Assembly (NCBI GenBank): GCA_934101865.1
Contig: CAKOSA010000001.1
Span: 22,235-86,234, forward strand
DNA: 64,000 bases
Source: an uncultured Bacilli bacterium
GTDB taxonomy: Bacteria > Bacillota_I > Bacilli_A > RF39 > UBA660
Direction: 5' to 3'
Shown: in pieces, positions 28,580-36,977 of the stretch
How positions within the stretch are numbered: the stretch's first letter is position 1
How the letters are laid out: every line of letters begins with the position of its first letter
Position numbers and translations under genes: made by a program
Notes under the pieces: generated by a model
The model's input: the letters and a program-made list of their open reading frames with translations, nothing else
What the model was told of the DNA's origin: nothing
Database searches by the model: none

Positions 28580-29266
28580 ATGAAGAAAGCAGTAACAATA
28601 ACCCTAGTAATAATAATGGTATTACTAATAAGTGGATGTATAAAGAAAAATGAATTAACCGACGGAGAGAAGTTTAAAGAAGAGTATGAAGTATATAACG
28701 GAAAATCAATTGATAGTGGTACTTATCTAACCCTAGATATAAAAGAAGATAATATCATAAAATACTCAAATCTAAAAGAAGTAAACCAAATCCTAGATAA
28801 CGGAACAGGCGTAATATACTTAGGATTTCCCAAATGCCCTTGGTGTAGGAATGCCGTAAAAGAACTATTAGATGCATCAAGCTCTACTTCCCTAGATAAA
28901 ATATACTACGTAGATATGCAAAATGAAAGAGATACAATGAAGCTAGATGCAAACGGTAATATAGTAACAACTAATAAAGCAAGTAATGAATACTATAAAC
29001 TAGTAGATAAACTAAAAGATATATTAGATGACTATATAATATATGATACAGAAAATAATGAACACAATACCGGAACTAAAAGAGTATATGTTCCCCTTGT
29101 CCTCTTCGTAAGAGACGGTGAACTAGTAGGATACCACCAAAATACCGTGGAAAGCCAAACCGATCCTTACGTAGAACTAAATGAAGAACAATCTAAGGAA
29201 CTATATAATATATATCAAACTAATATACATAAAGTGTTAAAGGATATGTGTGATGATAAATGTTAA
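28580..29266 (+). CDS. Thioredoxin-fold lipoprotein with a CxxC motif (putative extracytoplasmic thiol-disulfide oxidoreductase)
   Basis: Lipoprotein signal with a lipobox (LLISGC). FPKCPWCRNA CxxC motif in a thioredoxin-like context. Start moved to the ATG at 28580, which follows the GAAAGAGG RBS. Confidence 0.65.
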   Translation: MKKAVTITLVIIMVLLISGCIKKNELTDGEKFKEEYEVYNGKSIDSGTYLTLDIKEDNIIKYSNLKEVNQILDNGTGVIYLGFPKCPWCRNAVKELLDASSSTSLDKIYYVDMQNERDTMKLDANGNIVTTNKASNEYYKLVDKLKDILDDYIIYDTENNEHNTGTKRVYVPLVLFVRDGELVGYHQNTVESQTDPYVELNEEQSKELYNIYQTNIHKVLKDMCDDKC

Positions 29267-29481
29267 AGAAACCCCGAAATGAAGATTTAATAAATGTCTT
29301 TGAAAGAAGATGGAAAGCAAACCATAATAACGATTTAAAAGACGCTAAACAAAGACAAGAAGAATTTAATAAGAAGATGTATGGTGAAAGACCCAAGTAT
29401 AAACCCTTAACAAATGAAGAAAAGTTAAGAGAAATGAATAAAAATATTGAAAATCTAAGACGAAATAATCGTCCTTTCTAA
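29260..29481 (+). CDS. Small basic hypothetical protein (73 aa)
   Basis: Its start overlaps the lipoprotein stop (ATGTTAA). Lys/Arg-rich. No known motif. Confidence 0.3.
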   Translation: MLKKPRNEDLINVFERRWKANHNNDLKDAKQRQEEFNKKMYGERPKYKPLTNEEKLREMNKNIENLRRNNRPF

Positions 29482-29496
29482 GGAGGAAGTAACACT

Positions 29497-30117
29497 ATGA
29501 ATATAGATTTATACCAGTATGAAAAAGAATTATGGAATAAGAATATAAACTTAGTAGGAGGTATAGATGAAGTAGGAAGAGGACCCCTAATAGGACCCGT
29601 GGTAGCAGCTTGTGTAATATTACCAAAGGACTTTGTATTAGAAGGACTTACGGATTCAAAAAAATTATCCGAGAAGAAAAGAGAAAAGTTCTATGATGTA
29701 ATTATGGATAAAGCCATAGCGGTAGGAATAGGGCAAGCTAGTGAAAAAGTAATTGATGAAATAAATATCTATGAGGCAACTAAGGTAGCAATGAAAGAAG
29801 CGGTTCAAAACTGTAAAATAAAGCCTGAACATATCCTCGTTGATGCAATGCCCCTCTCCCTAGATGTTCCAACTACTTCGATAATAAAAGGCGATGCCAA
29901 GTCTATAACTATTGCCGCTGCCTCCGTAATTGCCAAAGTAACAAGGGACCGAATGCTCGTTGAACTAGATAAAAAGTACCCAATGTATGACTTGAAGCAC
30001 AACAAAGGGTATGGTACAAAAAAGCATATTGAGGCCCTACGGGAGTATGGAATAACAAAATACCATCGATTAAGCTTTGCCCCCGTTAAAGAGAATAGTT
30101 CTAAAATATTACCTTAA
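29497..30117 (+). CDS. rnhB: Ribonuclease HII
   Basis: GIDEVGRGPLIGPVVAACVILP active-site motif plus DSK and KGD blocks. 206 aa. Confidence 0.9.
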   Translation: MNIDLYQYEKELWNKNINLVGGIDEVGRGPLIGPVVAACVILPKDFVLEGLTDSKKLSEKKREKFYDVIMDKAIAVGIGQASEKVIDEINIYEATKVAMKEAVQNCKIKPEHILVDAMPLSLDVPTTSIIKGDAKSITIAAASVIAKVTRDRMLVELDKKYPMYDLKHNKGYGTKKHIEALREYGITKYHRLSFAPVKENSSKILP

Positions 30118-30236
30118 TACTTATCTATATATAATATAGATACCCCCAAAATGTTACATAACACTTGGTAGTAAATGATTATTTTATGTAACCACCCCTA
30201 ATCTAATTCCAAAGAACGTGAAGCGTATAGTTTTAA

Positions 30237-30280
30237 AAAAAGTTTTGCAAGAAAAAGTAACCTTGCAAAACTTTTTTAAA
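30237..30280. terminator. Bidirectional terminator between rnhB (+) and lexA (-)
   Basis: 13-bp perfect inverted repeat AAAGTTTTGCAAG ... CTTGCAAAACTTT, flanked by A-runs on one side and T-runs on the other. Confidence 0.65.
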
Positions 30281-30902
30281 ACTTTCTATATAATCCCACA
30301 ACCTTACCAACAATAACCGCCTTTTTAACAATAATCGGGTCATATTCAGGGTTATCAGTTTGAAGCCTATCAAAACCTCTCTCATTAAATAATCTTTTAA
30401 TTGTCGGCAAATTGTTCTTATCTAGGGCAACTACCATATCGCCGTCCTTAGCCTTTTCACATTTTTTAACAATAACAATATCACCACTCAGAATGCCACT
30501 ACCAACCATATCATCATTAATTTTCTGCATAGCATATACATCAACATCTTCATCCGCTAAATACGTTGGAATAGAGAAAATCTCATTTGGTGTATCAAGT
30601 TCAAGTAAGTAATTGCCATTACCCTCCTTAATTAAAGGAACATTAACAACCTCATCACTCTTTGTATCATATTCATTAGGAACCAAAAGTTCAATCGCCT
30701 TATTACCATAAGGATTTCTCTTAACATATCCCTTTTCAACAAGCCCCTTCAAATGAACGTGTATTGTCGCCGGAGAGTTTATACCAATAATTTCCCCAAT
30801 CTGTCTTACAGAAGGTGGATATTTGTTCTCCGCATAAAACTTCTTGATAACGGTAAGTACCTCTTTCTGTTTTTTTGTAAGTCCTATCGATTTTGTTCGC
30901 AT
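30276..30902 (-). CDS. lexA: LexA repressor (S24 peptidase family)
   Basis: N-terminal wHTH (LTKKQKEVLTVIKKFYAENKYPPSVRQIGEIIG), a C-terminal S24 domain with SGDIVIV...DGDMVVAL, and a Lys dyad partner. Start set to the second ATG (MRTKS), which has a GGGAGG RBS. Confidence 0.9.
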   Translation of the reverse strand: MRTKSIGLTKKQKEVLTVIKKFYAENKYPPSVRQIGEIIGINSPATIHVHLKGLVEKGYVKRNPYGNKAIELLVPNEYDTKSDEVVNVPLIKEGNGNYLLELDTPNEIFSIPTYLADEDVDVYAMQKINDDMVGSGILSGDIVIVKKCEKAKDGDMVVALDKNNLPTIKRLFNERGFDRLQTDNPEYDPIIVKKAVIVGKVVGLYRKF

Positions 30903-30930
30903 TAAAAATACCTCCCTAATTTTTTTCATT

Positions 30931-30966
30931 TGCTAATATAATAGCACATTTCTTTTGGTTTGTCAA
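30931..30966 (-). promoter_or_regulatory. lexA promoter (TTGACA - 17 - TATTAT, minus strand) with a TGCTA-N6-TAGCA dyad overlapping the -10
   Basis: On the minus strand the -35 is TTGACA (30961-30966) and the -10 is TATTAT (30938-30943). The near-palindrome TGCTAATATAATAGCA spans 30931-30946. No canonical CGAAC-N4-GTTCG Cheo box was seen nearby. Confidence 0.45.
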
Positions 30967-31078
30967 ACAAATGTTAAAGATTTATTAAAAGTTTTTTTCT
31001 TTCTTACTCATATTATCTAAGTATTGCCATACTTTTCCAAAAGTGCCCATAAATTAAGGGTTTTAAAGTCCCAAAAAT

Positions 31079-31199
31079 ATGCTGGAAATATGCTGGAATT
31101 ATGCAGATTTTCAAAAATTGTTGATCTCGCATTGCAGATTTTCAAAAACTGCAAGTCCAAACCAGCAGAAATTCAAAAATTGCACCATCACCCAAAGCA
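31079..31199. repeat. Tandem repeat block: two 11-bp ATGCTGGAAxT units, then three units at an exact 31-bp period starting GAxxTTCAAAAA(T/C)TG and ending GCA
   Basis: ATGCTGGAAAT / ATGCTGGAATT at 31079-31100. TTCAAAAA at 31110, 31141 and 31172. Units GATTTTCAAAAATTGTTGATCTCGCATTGCA, GATTTTCAAAAACTGCAAGTCCAAACCAGCA and GAAATTCAAAAATTGCACC... Confidence 0.7.
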
Positions 31200-31257
31200 A
31201 GGCCAAATAAACGAGCCCGCATCCTATCACAAAAAAAATCAAAAAATTTAGTTACCT

Positions 31258-31458
31258 CTCAAAGTAATGGACACTAATAAAATCAGTAAATATTATTCTC
31301 AAAGTAATGGAAATAGATATTCTCAAAGCAACGGAAACTATTTTTTCAAAGTGTCCATTACACTGATAATTAAGATGTTCCAAATGTTTTTTTATTTAGG
31401 CGTATTCTCAAAGTAATGGAAACTATTTTTTAAAGTGTTCATTACCCTGAGAATTAAG
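31258..31458. repeat. Four copies of ATTCTCAAAG(T/C)AA(T/C)GGAAA: two half-units and two full 55-bp imperfectly palindromic units
   Basis: Half-units at 31258-31274 and 31295-31316. Full units at 31319-31374 and 31404-31458 are about 88 % identical. The second unit has perfect outer arms ATTCTCAG/CTGAGAAT. Confidence 0.7.
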
Positions 31459-31484
31459 AAAATCAAAAAATTATCAAAAAATGG

Positions 31485-31513
31485 TTGACATATAAAAAGT
31501 AATAAGTTATAAT
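31485..31513 (+). promoter_or_regulatory. Consensus sigma-A promoter (TTGACA - 17 - TATAAT) for the 31580 ORF
   Basis: TTGACA at 31485-31490 and TATAAT at 31508-31513, immediately downstream of the palindromic repeat units. The leader contains the palindrome GTTATAAC twice. Confidence 0.55.
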
Positions 31514-31579
31514 GTTAGCAGTCACTGAAAAAGCAGTTATAATTAACGTATTGTTATAACAAAAAAAGGAGGAAAACGT

Positions 31580-32236
31580 ATGAATTATAATGAAATACTA
31601 ATAAAGTATATTGACAATTATCCCACAGATGAACCAATCTTTATCGAGGATATAAAAAGACACTTCGAAAGTGTTATGGAAGAAGAACTATTAAACAATA
31701 TTATTAAGGACATCTATGTCTATATAAATAGACTAGTAAAAGCAAACAAAGTAGAACAGTGTACCAAAGGTGTATACTATAAGGAAACAAAAAATAAAGA
31801 AAAAAGTAGAGAAATAGTTTCCCAAAAGACTATAAACAGAAAATACATTAAAGATGCTAACGGTCAGAAAGGGTACTACACAGGAATACATCTATTTAAC
31901 GAATTAGGCTTAACTAGTCAAACATCCCCAAAAATAATAATAGTAACAAATGAATGCCCCAACAATAACCACTATAAAAATAAAGGCTTAGGAGTAACTA
32001 TTAAAAGACCAAAAATAATTATCGATAACGATAATTGCAGATACCTAAAACTATTTGATGTATTAATAAATCGAGATAATGTCGAAATAGAAGTCTCAAA
32101 GAAACGCGAAAAAGAAATAATCTATAAATACATAAAAGATAACAAAATCGAGATGGAAAGACTATTTGAGTATGCCAACAAATTATACAATTTAAAGCCC
32201 ATTGAAAAATTATATGATATAAGTGGAGAAGAGTAA
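31580..32236 (+). CDS. Hypothetical protein; the N-terminus resembles an AbiEi-like wHTH (type IV TA antitoxin-type regulator), but no AbiEii partner is adjacent
   Basis: N-terminal pattern PIFIEDIKRHF...IYVYINRLVKANKVEQCTKGVYYK is reminiscent of AbiEi_4-type wHTH domains. GGAGG RBS. Downstream gene is convergent. Low-confidence family call. Confidence 0.35.
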   Translation: MNYNEILIKYIDNYPTDEPIFIEDIKRHFESVMEEELLNNIIKDIYVYINRLVKANKVEQCTKGVYYKETKNKEKSREIVSQKTINRKYIKDANGQKGYYTGIHLFNELGLTSQTSPKIIIVTNECPNNNHYKNKGLGVTIKRPKIIIDNDNCRYLKLFDVLINRDNVEIEVSKKREKEIIYKYIKDNKIEMERLFEYANKLYNLKPIEKLYDISGEE

Positions 32237-32246
32237 AACAATACCA

Positions 32247-33209
32247 TTACTTACCAAATAATTTACCTTGATAAGTATCTCTAATTACCATTTCCTTATC
32301 AATATCATTCATTACACTAACCTTTTTAACAATCCACTTTGGAGAAATAAGATTATCAATATCAGCATCAGATATAATGCGATGAATAACTATTCTAGGA
32401 TCAAGAATTTCCAGTTGTCTAATAACAATATCAATATACTCATCCTTAGATAAAATTTTAATATCACCATTATTATATAACTTTTCCAAAGGCGTATCCT
32501 TAAGGACCATCAAAGTATGAAATTTAACACCTTGAATATCAAGAGTATTAAGAAATTTAGCACTCTCTAACATCATATCCAAAGTCTCATTAGGAAGACC
32601 ATTAATAAGGTGAATAACCACATTAATACCCATTTTCCTAAGTCTCTTTACACAAGATGTAAATTCAAACAAAGTATGACCCCGATTAATAAATTTCCCC
32701 GTTTCTTCCCAAATACTTTGTAAACCCAATTCAACTACAATATAATATTTCTTACTAAGAACCTCTAAGTAATCAAGCACCTCATCACTTATACAATCAC
32801 ACCTCGTAGCAATCGCAAGCCCCATAACATCAGGTAAAGAAAGAATAGCCTCATATTTTTCCTTTAATACCGAAAGAGGAGCATAAGTATTACTTCGAGC
32901 CTGAAAATAACCAATATATTTCCCATTAGGCCATTTTCTGTCCATAACCTCTTTAACCTCATAAAACTGTTTTACTAAAGAGTGGGTAACATTACCAGCA
33001 AACTCTCCACTACCACTCTTTGAACAATAAATACAACCCCCATATCCCTTTGTACCATCCATATTAGGACAGCTAAATCCCCCATTAAGACTAATTTTCT
33101 TAATTTTAAAACCAAAATTAGTTTTATAAAAATAGTTAAGAGTATGGTATCTCTTATTATCTAAACTATATTTAAACATAAAAATCACCAAAAATATTCT
33201 ATCATACAA
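32247..33209 (-). CDS. Radical SAM protein, TIGR01212 (YhcC/YtqA-like) family
   Basis: CPNMDGTKGYGGCIYCS cluster near the N-terminus, characteristic of the TIGR01212 radical-SAM family. 320 aa. Confidence 0.75.
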   Translation of the reverse strand: MYDRIFLVIFMFKYSLDNKRYHTLNYFYKTNFGFKIKKISLNGGFSCPNMDGTKGYGGCIYCSKSGSGEFAGNVTHSLVKQFYEVKEVMDRKWPNGKYIGYFQARSNTYAPLSVLKEKYEAILSLPDVMGLAIATRCDCISDEVLDYLEVLSKKYYIVVELGLQSIWEETGKFINRGHTLFEFTSCVKRLRKMGINVVIHLINGLPNETLDMMLESAKFLNTLDIQGVKFHTLMVLKDTPLEKLYNNGDIKILSKDEYIDIVIRQLEILDPRIVIHRIISDADIDNLISPKWIVKKVSVMNDIDKEMVIRDTYQGKLFGK

Positions 33210-33254
33210 CTAAAATTTTCGCAAATGGTAGAACAAGAAACGGAAGTGAAACAA

Positions 33255-34544
33255 ATGAGAGCAGCAATTTACACCCTTGGATGTAAGGTTAATATATATG
33301 AAAGCGAATATGTCACTAGTGAATTAGTCAAAAACGGTTACACTATCGTGGACTGGGAAGAAGAAGCAGACGTATATATAATAAATACTTGTAGTGTTAC
33401 TAATGAAGCCGATAAAAAAGACCGAAAAATAATAAACGGAGCCCTAAAAAGAAATAAAGATGCCATAACAGTAGTAATGGGTTGCCACGTACAAGCCGGC
33501 TTCCCCATTGAAGGAGCAAATATCGTAATAGGCAACAAAGACAAATCAAAAATAGTCAGATTAATAGAAGAATACAAAGAAAAAAAACAAAATATAACTA
33601 GGATATACGATTTAACTAGTGCTGACTTTGAAGATATGCAAATAACAAACTTCAATAAACATACTCGTGCCTTTGTAAAAATTCAAGACGGCTGTAACGC
33701 TTTCTGTACATATTGCATAATACCATATATAAGAGGTTCACTAAGAAGTAAGGAAGAAAATAAAGTAATTGCCGAAGTAACATCCCTTACCCAAAAAGGC
33801 TTTAAAGAAATAGTATTAACCGGAATACATACAGGAAGATATGGAATAGATAAAGAAACAAACCTTTATCATCTCTTAACCCAGTTAGTAAAAATACCCA
33901 ATCTATATAGAATAAGATTATCATCTATCGAAATAAACGAAATAACTCCCGAAATAATAAACTTAATTAAAACAAATCCCATTATGGCCAAACATCTCCA
34001 TATACCTCTCCAATCAGGAAGTAATCACATATTAAAAATGATGAATAGAAAATACAATGTAGACTATTACATAAATAAAATCAATGAAATAAGAAAAGAA
34101 ATACCCAATATATCTATTACAACAGATTTAATACTAGGCTTCCCAAATGAAACAGAAGAAAACTATCAAGAAACCCTAAATACCCTAAATAAAATAAAAT
34201 TCACTAAAATACACACTTTCCCATATTCAAGAAGAAAAGGAACATCAGCTGACAAAATGCCAAATCAAATCAATGGAAAAACAAAAAAAGAAAGAGTAAG
34301 AGAAGTACTAGAACTATCAAATAAATATGAACAAGAATACTACACAAATAATCTAAATAAAGAATACGAAATATTAACCGAGGATCATAAAGATAAAACA
34401 ATAGGCTATACAACAAACTATATTCCCATAGTGCTTCCAACTCATAAACCAAATAACCAAGTAATAAAAGTAACTTTAACTAAATTAAATAAAGATACAA
34501 ATCAAATTCTTGGTGAAATAAAAGAAGAAGTAGTAACTAAGTAA
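33255..34544 (+). CDS. mtaB: tRNA methylthiotransferase, MiaB-like family, most likely MtaB (ms2t6A37)
   Basis: UPF0004 N-terminus (AIYTLGCKVNIYESEY...YIINTCSVT), radical SAM CxxxCxxC (CNAFCTYCIIP) and a C-terminal TRAM domain. Start moved to the second ATG, which has a GGAAGTG RBS. Confidence 0.75.
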   Translation: MRAAIYTLGCKVNIYESEYVTSELVKNGYTIVDWEEEADVYIINTCSVTNEADKKDRKIINGALKRNKDAITVVMGCHVQAGFPIEGANIVIGNKDKSKIVRLIEEYKEKKQNITRIYDLTSADFEDMQITNFNKHTRAFVKIQDGCNAFCTYCIIPYIRGSLRSKEENKVIAEVTSLTQKGFKEIVLTGIHTGRYGIDKETNLYHLLTQLVKIPNLYRIRLSSIEINEITPEIINLIKTNPIMAKHLHIPLQSGSNHILKMMNRKYNVDYYINKINEIRKEIPNISITTDLILGFPNETEENYQETLNTLNKIKFTKIHTFPYSRRKGTSADKMPNQINGKTKKERVREVLELSNKYEQEYYTNNLNKEYEILTEDHKDKTIGYTTNYIPIVLPTHKPNNQVIKVTLTKLNKDTNQILGEIKEEVVTK

Positions 34545-34675
34545 ATTAATAAGTAAAAAAAATATAAATTCTTACCCCCCTTAGGGCCCAAAAAATCCAA
34601 AAAAGTCCTAACTACCATTGATTGCCCCCCAAAATTGTGATAAAATGTATTTTAGAAAGAGTGAGAGTGATATAA

Positions 34676-36583
34676 ATGAATAAAAGTGAATATAACGAAA
34701 GTTCAATCAAAATATTAGAAGGATTAGAGGCCGTAAGAAAAAGACCCGGAATGTATATAGGTTCAACTGATAAAAGAGGCCTACATCACCTTGTTTGGGA
34801 AATAGTAGATAACTGTGTTGACGAAGCCTTAAACGGTTATGGCGATTACATAAAAATAGAAATGCACAAAGACGGATCAATAAGTGTAACTGACCGTGGC
34901 CGTGGAATACCAACAGGAATGCACCCTTCTGGCAAGTCCACTCCCGAAGTAATATACACAGTACTTCACGCTGGCGGTAAATTCTCTGATGGAGGATACA
35001 AAGTATCAGGAGGTCTTCACGGAGTAGGTGCTAGTGTCGTAAATGCCCTAAGCAGTTATATGGAAGTAACTACTCGTCGTAATAAAGAAGAATACTATAT
35101 AAAATTTAGTAATGGTGGAAAAGTAGAAGTACCCCTTACCAAGATAGGTTCAACTACCAAAACAGGAACTACCGTAAAATTTAAGCCCGATAGCAGTATC
35201 TTTTCAGATACCAATTTCAGTTATTCCACAATATGTGAAAGAATGAGAGAATGTGCTTTTCTAATAAACGGTCTCACAATCGAAATAATAAATGAAAATG
35301 ATGGAAGAAGTGAAAAATACCAATACCAAAATGGCTTAGAAGCATTCTGTAAATATTTAAATGAAGATAAGACAACCCTTCACGATATACTATGCTTTGA
35401 AGGCAGTAAAGAAAAGATAAAAGTAAATGTTGCCTTACAATATACAGACAACTATTCAGAAAACATAATATCATTTGTAAATAACGTAAAAACATCTGAT
35501 GGAGGTAGTCACGAAGTAGGATTTAAAACCGCTATTACCAAAGTATTAAATGATTATGCTAAGGAAAATGGCTTTCTTAAAGGAAAAGACAAGAACTTTG
35601 AAGGAACTGATGTAAGAGAGGGACTAACAGCAATAATTGCCGTTCAAATACCTGAGAGTATTCTTCAATTTGAAGGCCAAACAAAGTCCAAACTAGGAAC
35701 ACCAATTGCTCGTAGTGTTGTTGAGGCAATTACTACCGAAAAGTTAAAGTTTTTCTTAGAAGAAAATAATGCTATTGCTACCAATATTGTAACCAAAGCC
35801 CTAAAAGGAAAAGAAGCTCGTGAAGCTGCTCGTAAAGCCAAAGAAGAAACTAGAAAAGGCAAGGACAAAAGTAAATTAGAAAAAATATTAAGTGGTAAAT
35901 TAACACCCGCTTTAAGTAAAAAATGGGAAGAAAAAGAACTATTTATAGTAGAGGGAGACTCTGCCGGCGGATCGGCTAAACAAGGAAGAGACCGTAGAAC
36001 TCAGGCTATATTACCACTTAGAGGAAAAGTAATAAATACCGAAAAAGCCAAAATAGAGGATATCTTTAAAAATGAAGAAATAAATACCCTTATCCATACT
36101 ATTGGAGCCGGTGTTGGAAATGATTTTGAAATAAAAGATGCCCATTATGGAAAAGTAATAATAATGACCGATGCTGATGATGATGGAGCCCATATCCAAT
36201 GTTTACTATTAACATTCTTTTATAGATATATGCGTCCCCTTATTGAAGACGGTAGACTATTTATCGCAATGCCTCCATTATATAGAGTATTTTCAGCTGG
36301 AAAAGAAAAATATCTTTGGAGTAATGAAGAATTAAAAGAATATACAAAAGGGAAATCAAACTATAAAATACAAAGGTACAAAGGATTAGGAGAAATGAAT
36401 GCCGACCAGTTATGCGATACAACAATGGATCCCAAAACAAGAAGTCTAATTAAAGTAAATATTACAGACGCTGCCCTTGCCGAAAAAAGAGTGAGTGTTC
36501 TTATGGGTGATGCTGTTGAGCCAAGAAAAAATTGGATAAACGAAAATGTTGAATTTTCTCTTGAAGACGCTTACAAAATATAA
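34676..36583 (+). CDS. Type IIA topoisomerase ATPase subunit B (GyrB/ParE); no A-subunit gene adjacent
   Basis: GHKL ATPase motifs (VWEIVDNCVDEA, GLHGVGASVVNALS), TOPRIM (EGDSAGGSAKQGRDR, PLRGKVIN) and a C-terminal QRYKGLGEM block. 635 aa. Confidence 0.9.
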   Translation: MNKSEYNESSIKILEGLEAVRKRPGMYIGSTDKRGLHHLVWEIVDNCVDEALNGYGDYIKIEMHKDGSISVTDRGRGIPTGMHPSGKSTPEVIYTVLHAGGKFSDGGYKVSGGLHGVGASVVNALSSYMEVTTRRNKEEYYIKFSNGGKVEVPLTKIGSTTKTGTTVKFKPDSSIFSDTNFSYSTICERMRECAFLINGLTIEIINENDGRSEKYQYQNGLEAFCKYLNEDKTTLHDILCFEGSKEKIKVNVALQYTDNYSENIISFVNNVKTSDGGSHEVGFKTAITKVLNDYAKENGFLKGKDKNFEGTDVREGLTAIIAVQIPESILQFEGQTKSKLGTPIARSVVEAITTEKLKFFLEENNAIATNIVTKALKGKEAREAARKAKEETRKGKDKSKLEKILSGKLTPALSKKWEEKELFIVEGDSAGGSAKQGRDRRTQAILPLRGKVINTEKAKIEDIFKNEEINTLIHTIGAGVGNDFEIKDAHYGKVIIMTDADDDGAHIQCLLLTFFYRYMRPLIEDGRLFIAMPPLYRVFSAGKEKYLWSNEELKEYTKGKSNYKIQRYKGLGEMNADQLCDTTMDPKTRSLIKVNITDAALAEKRVSVLMGDAVEPRKNWINENVEFSLEDAYKI

Positions 36584-36977
36584 AATACGTGAAAATAAGA
36601 TTACTCTTTCCTAGATTATTTTAGTAAAAAAGCCAAGTTACATTTTTAAATATGAAGATGTTATAACATCTAAGTTCCCCGTAATATATATAAATAAAAT
36701 AAGAAGTAAGGTTGTACGAACCTATAACAAATGCTTGCGGAGATAATAATATTATCATATTATTGAACCAAGAATTGATTAGATTTTTAGATATAGGACA
36801 AAGCAGGTTTACATATTACAAAAAAATTATAAAATTTCCAAAAAATACATTTTTCTAGTAATTATGACCATTTTTGCCTGAAATAACACTACTAAAATGT
36901 AAAGTTTGTGTAAAGTATCTAGTCAAACGTATAAATAAATGGTATACTGAACTAGAAATGATACAAAGAGGATAAAC

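Noticed and set aside
31079-31199. Possible CRISPR array (regularly spaced repeats)
   Set aside because: There are only three units. The period is 31 bp (about 14 bp conserved plus about 17 bp variable), far shorter than a repeat-plus-spacer unit. No cas genes or leader are present. I report it as a regulatory or iteron-like repeat instead.
31024-31251. 75-aa ORF inside the lexA upstream repeat region
   Set aside because: The reading frame runs through the 11-bp and 31-bp tandem repeats, has no RBS, and has a codon composition unlike real genes here. I treat it as a repeat artefact.
34676-36583. Assigning the topoisomerase B subunit specifically as gyrB
   Set aside because: No gyrA, dnaA, dnaN or recF context is present and no parC either. 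GyrB and ParE cannot be separated reliably by eye, so I left it at the family level.
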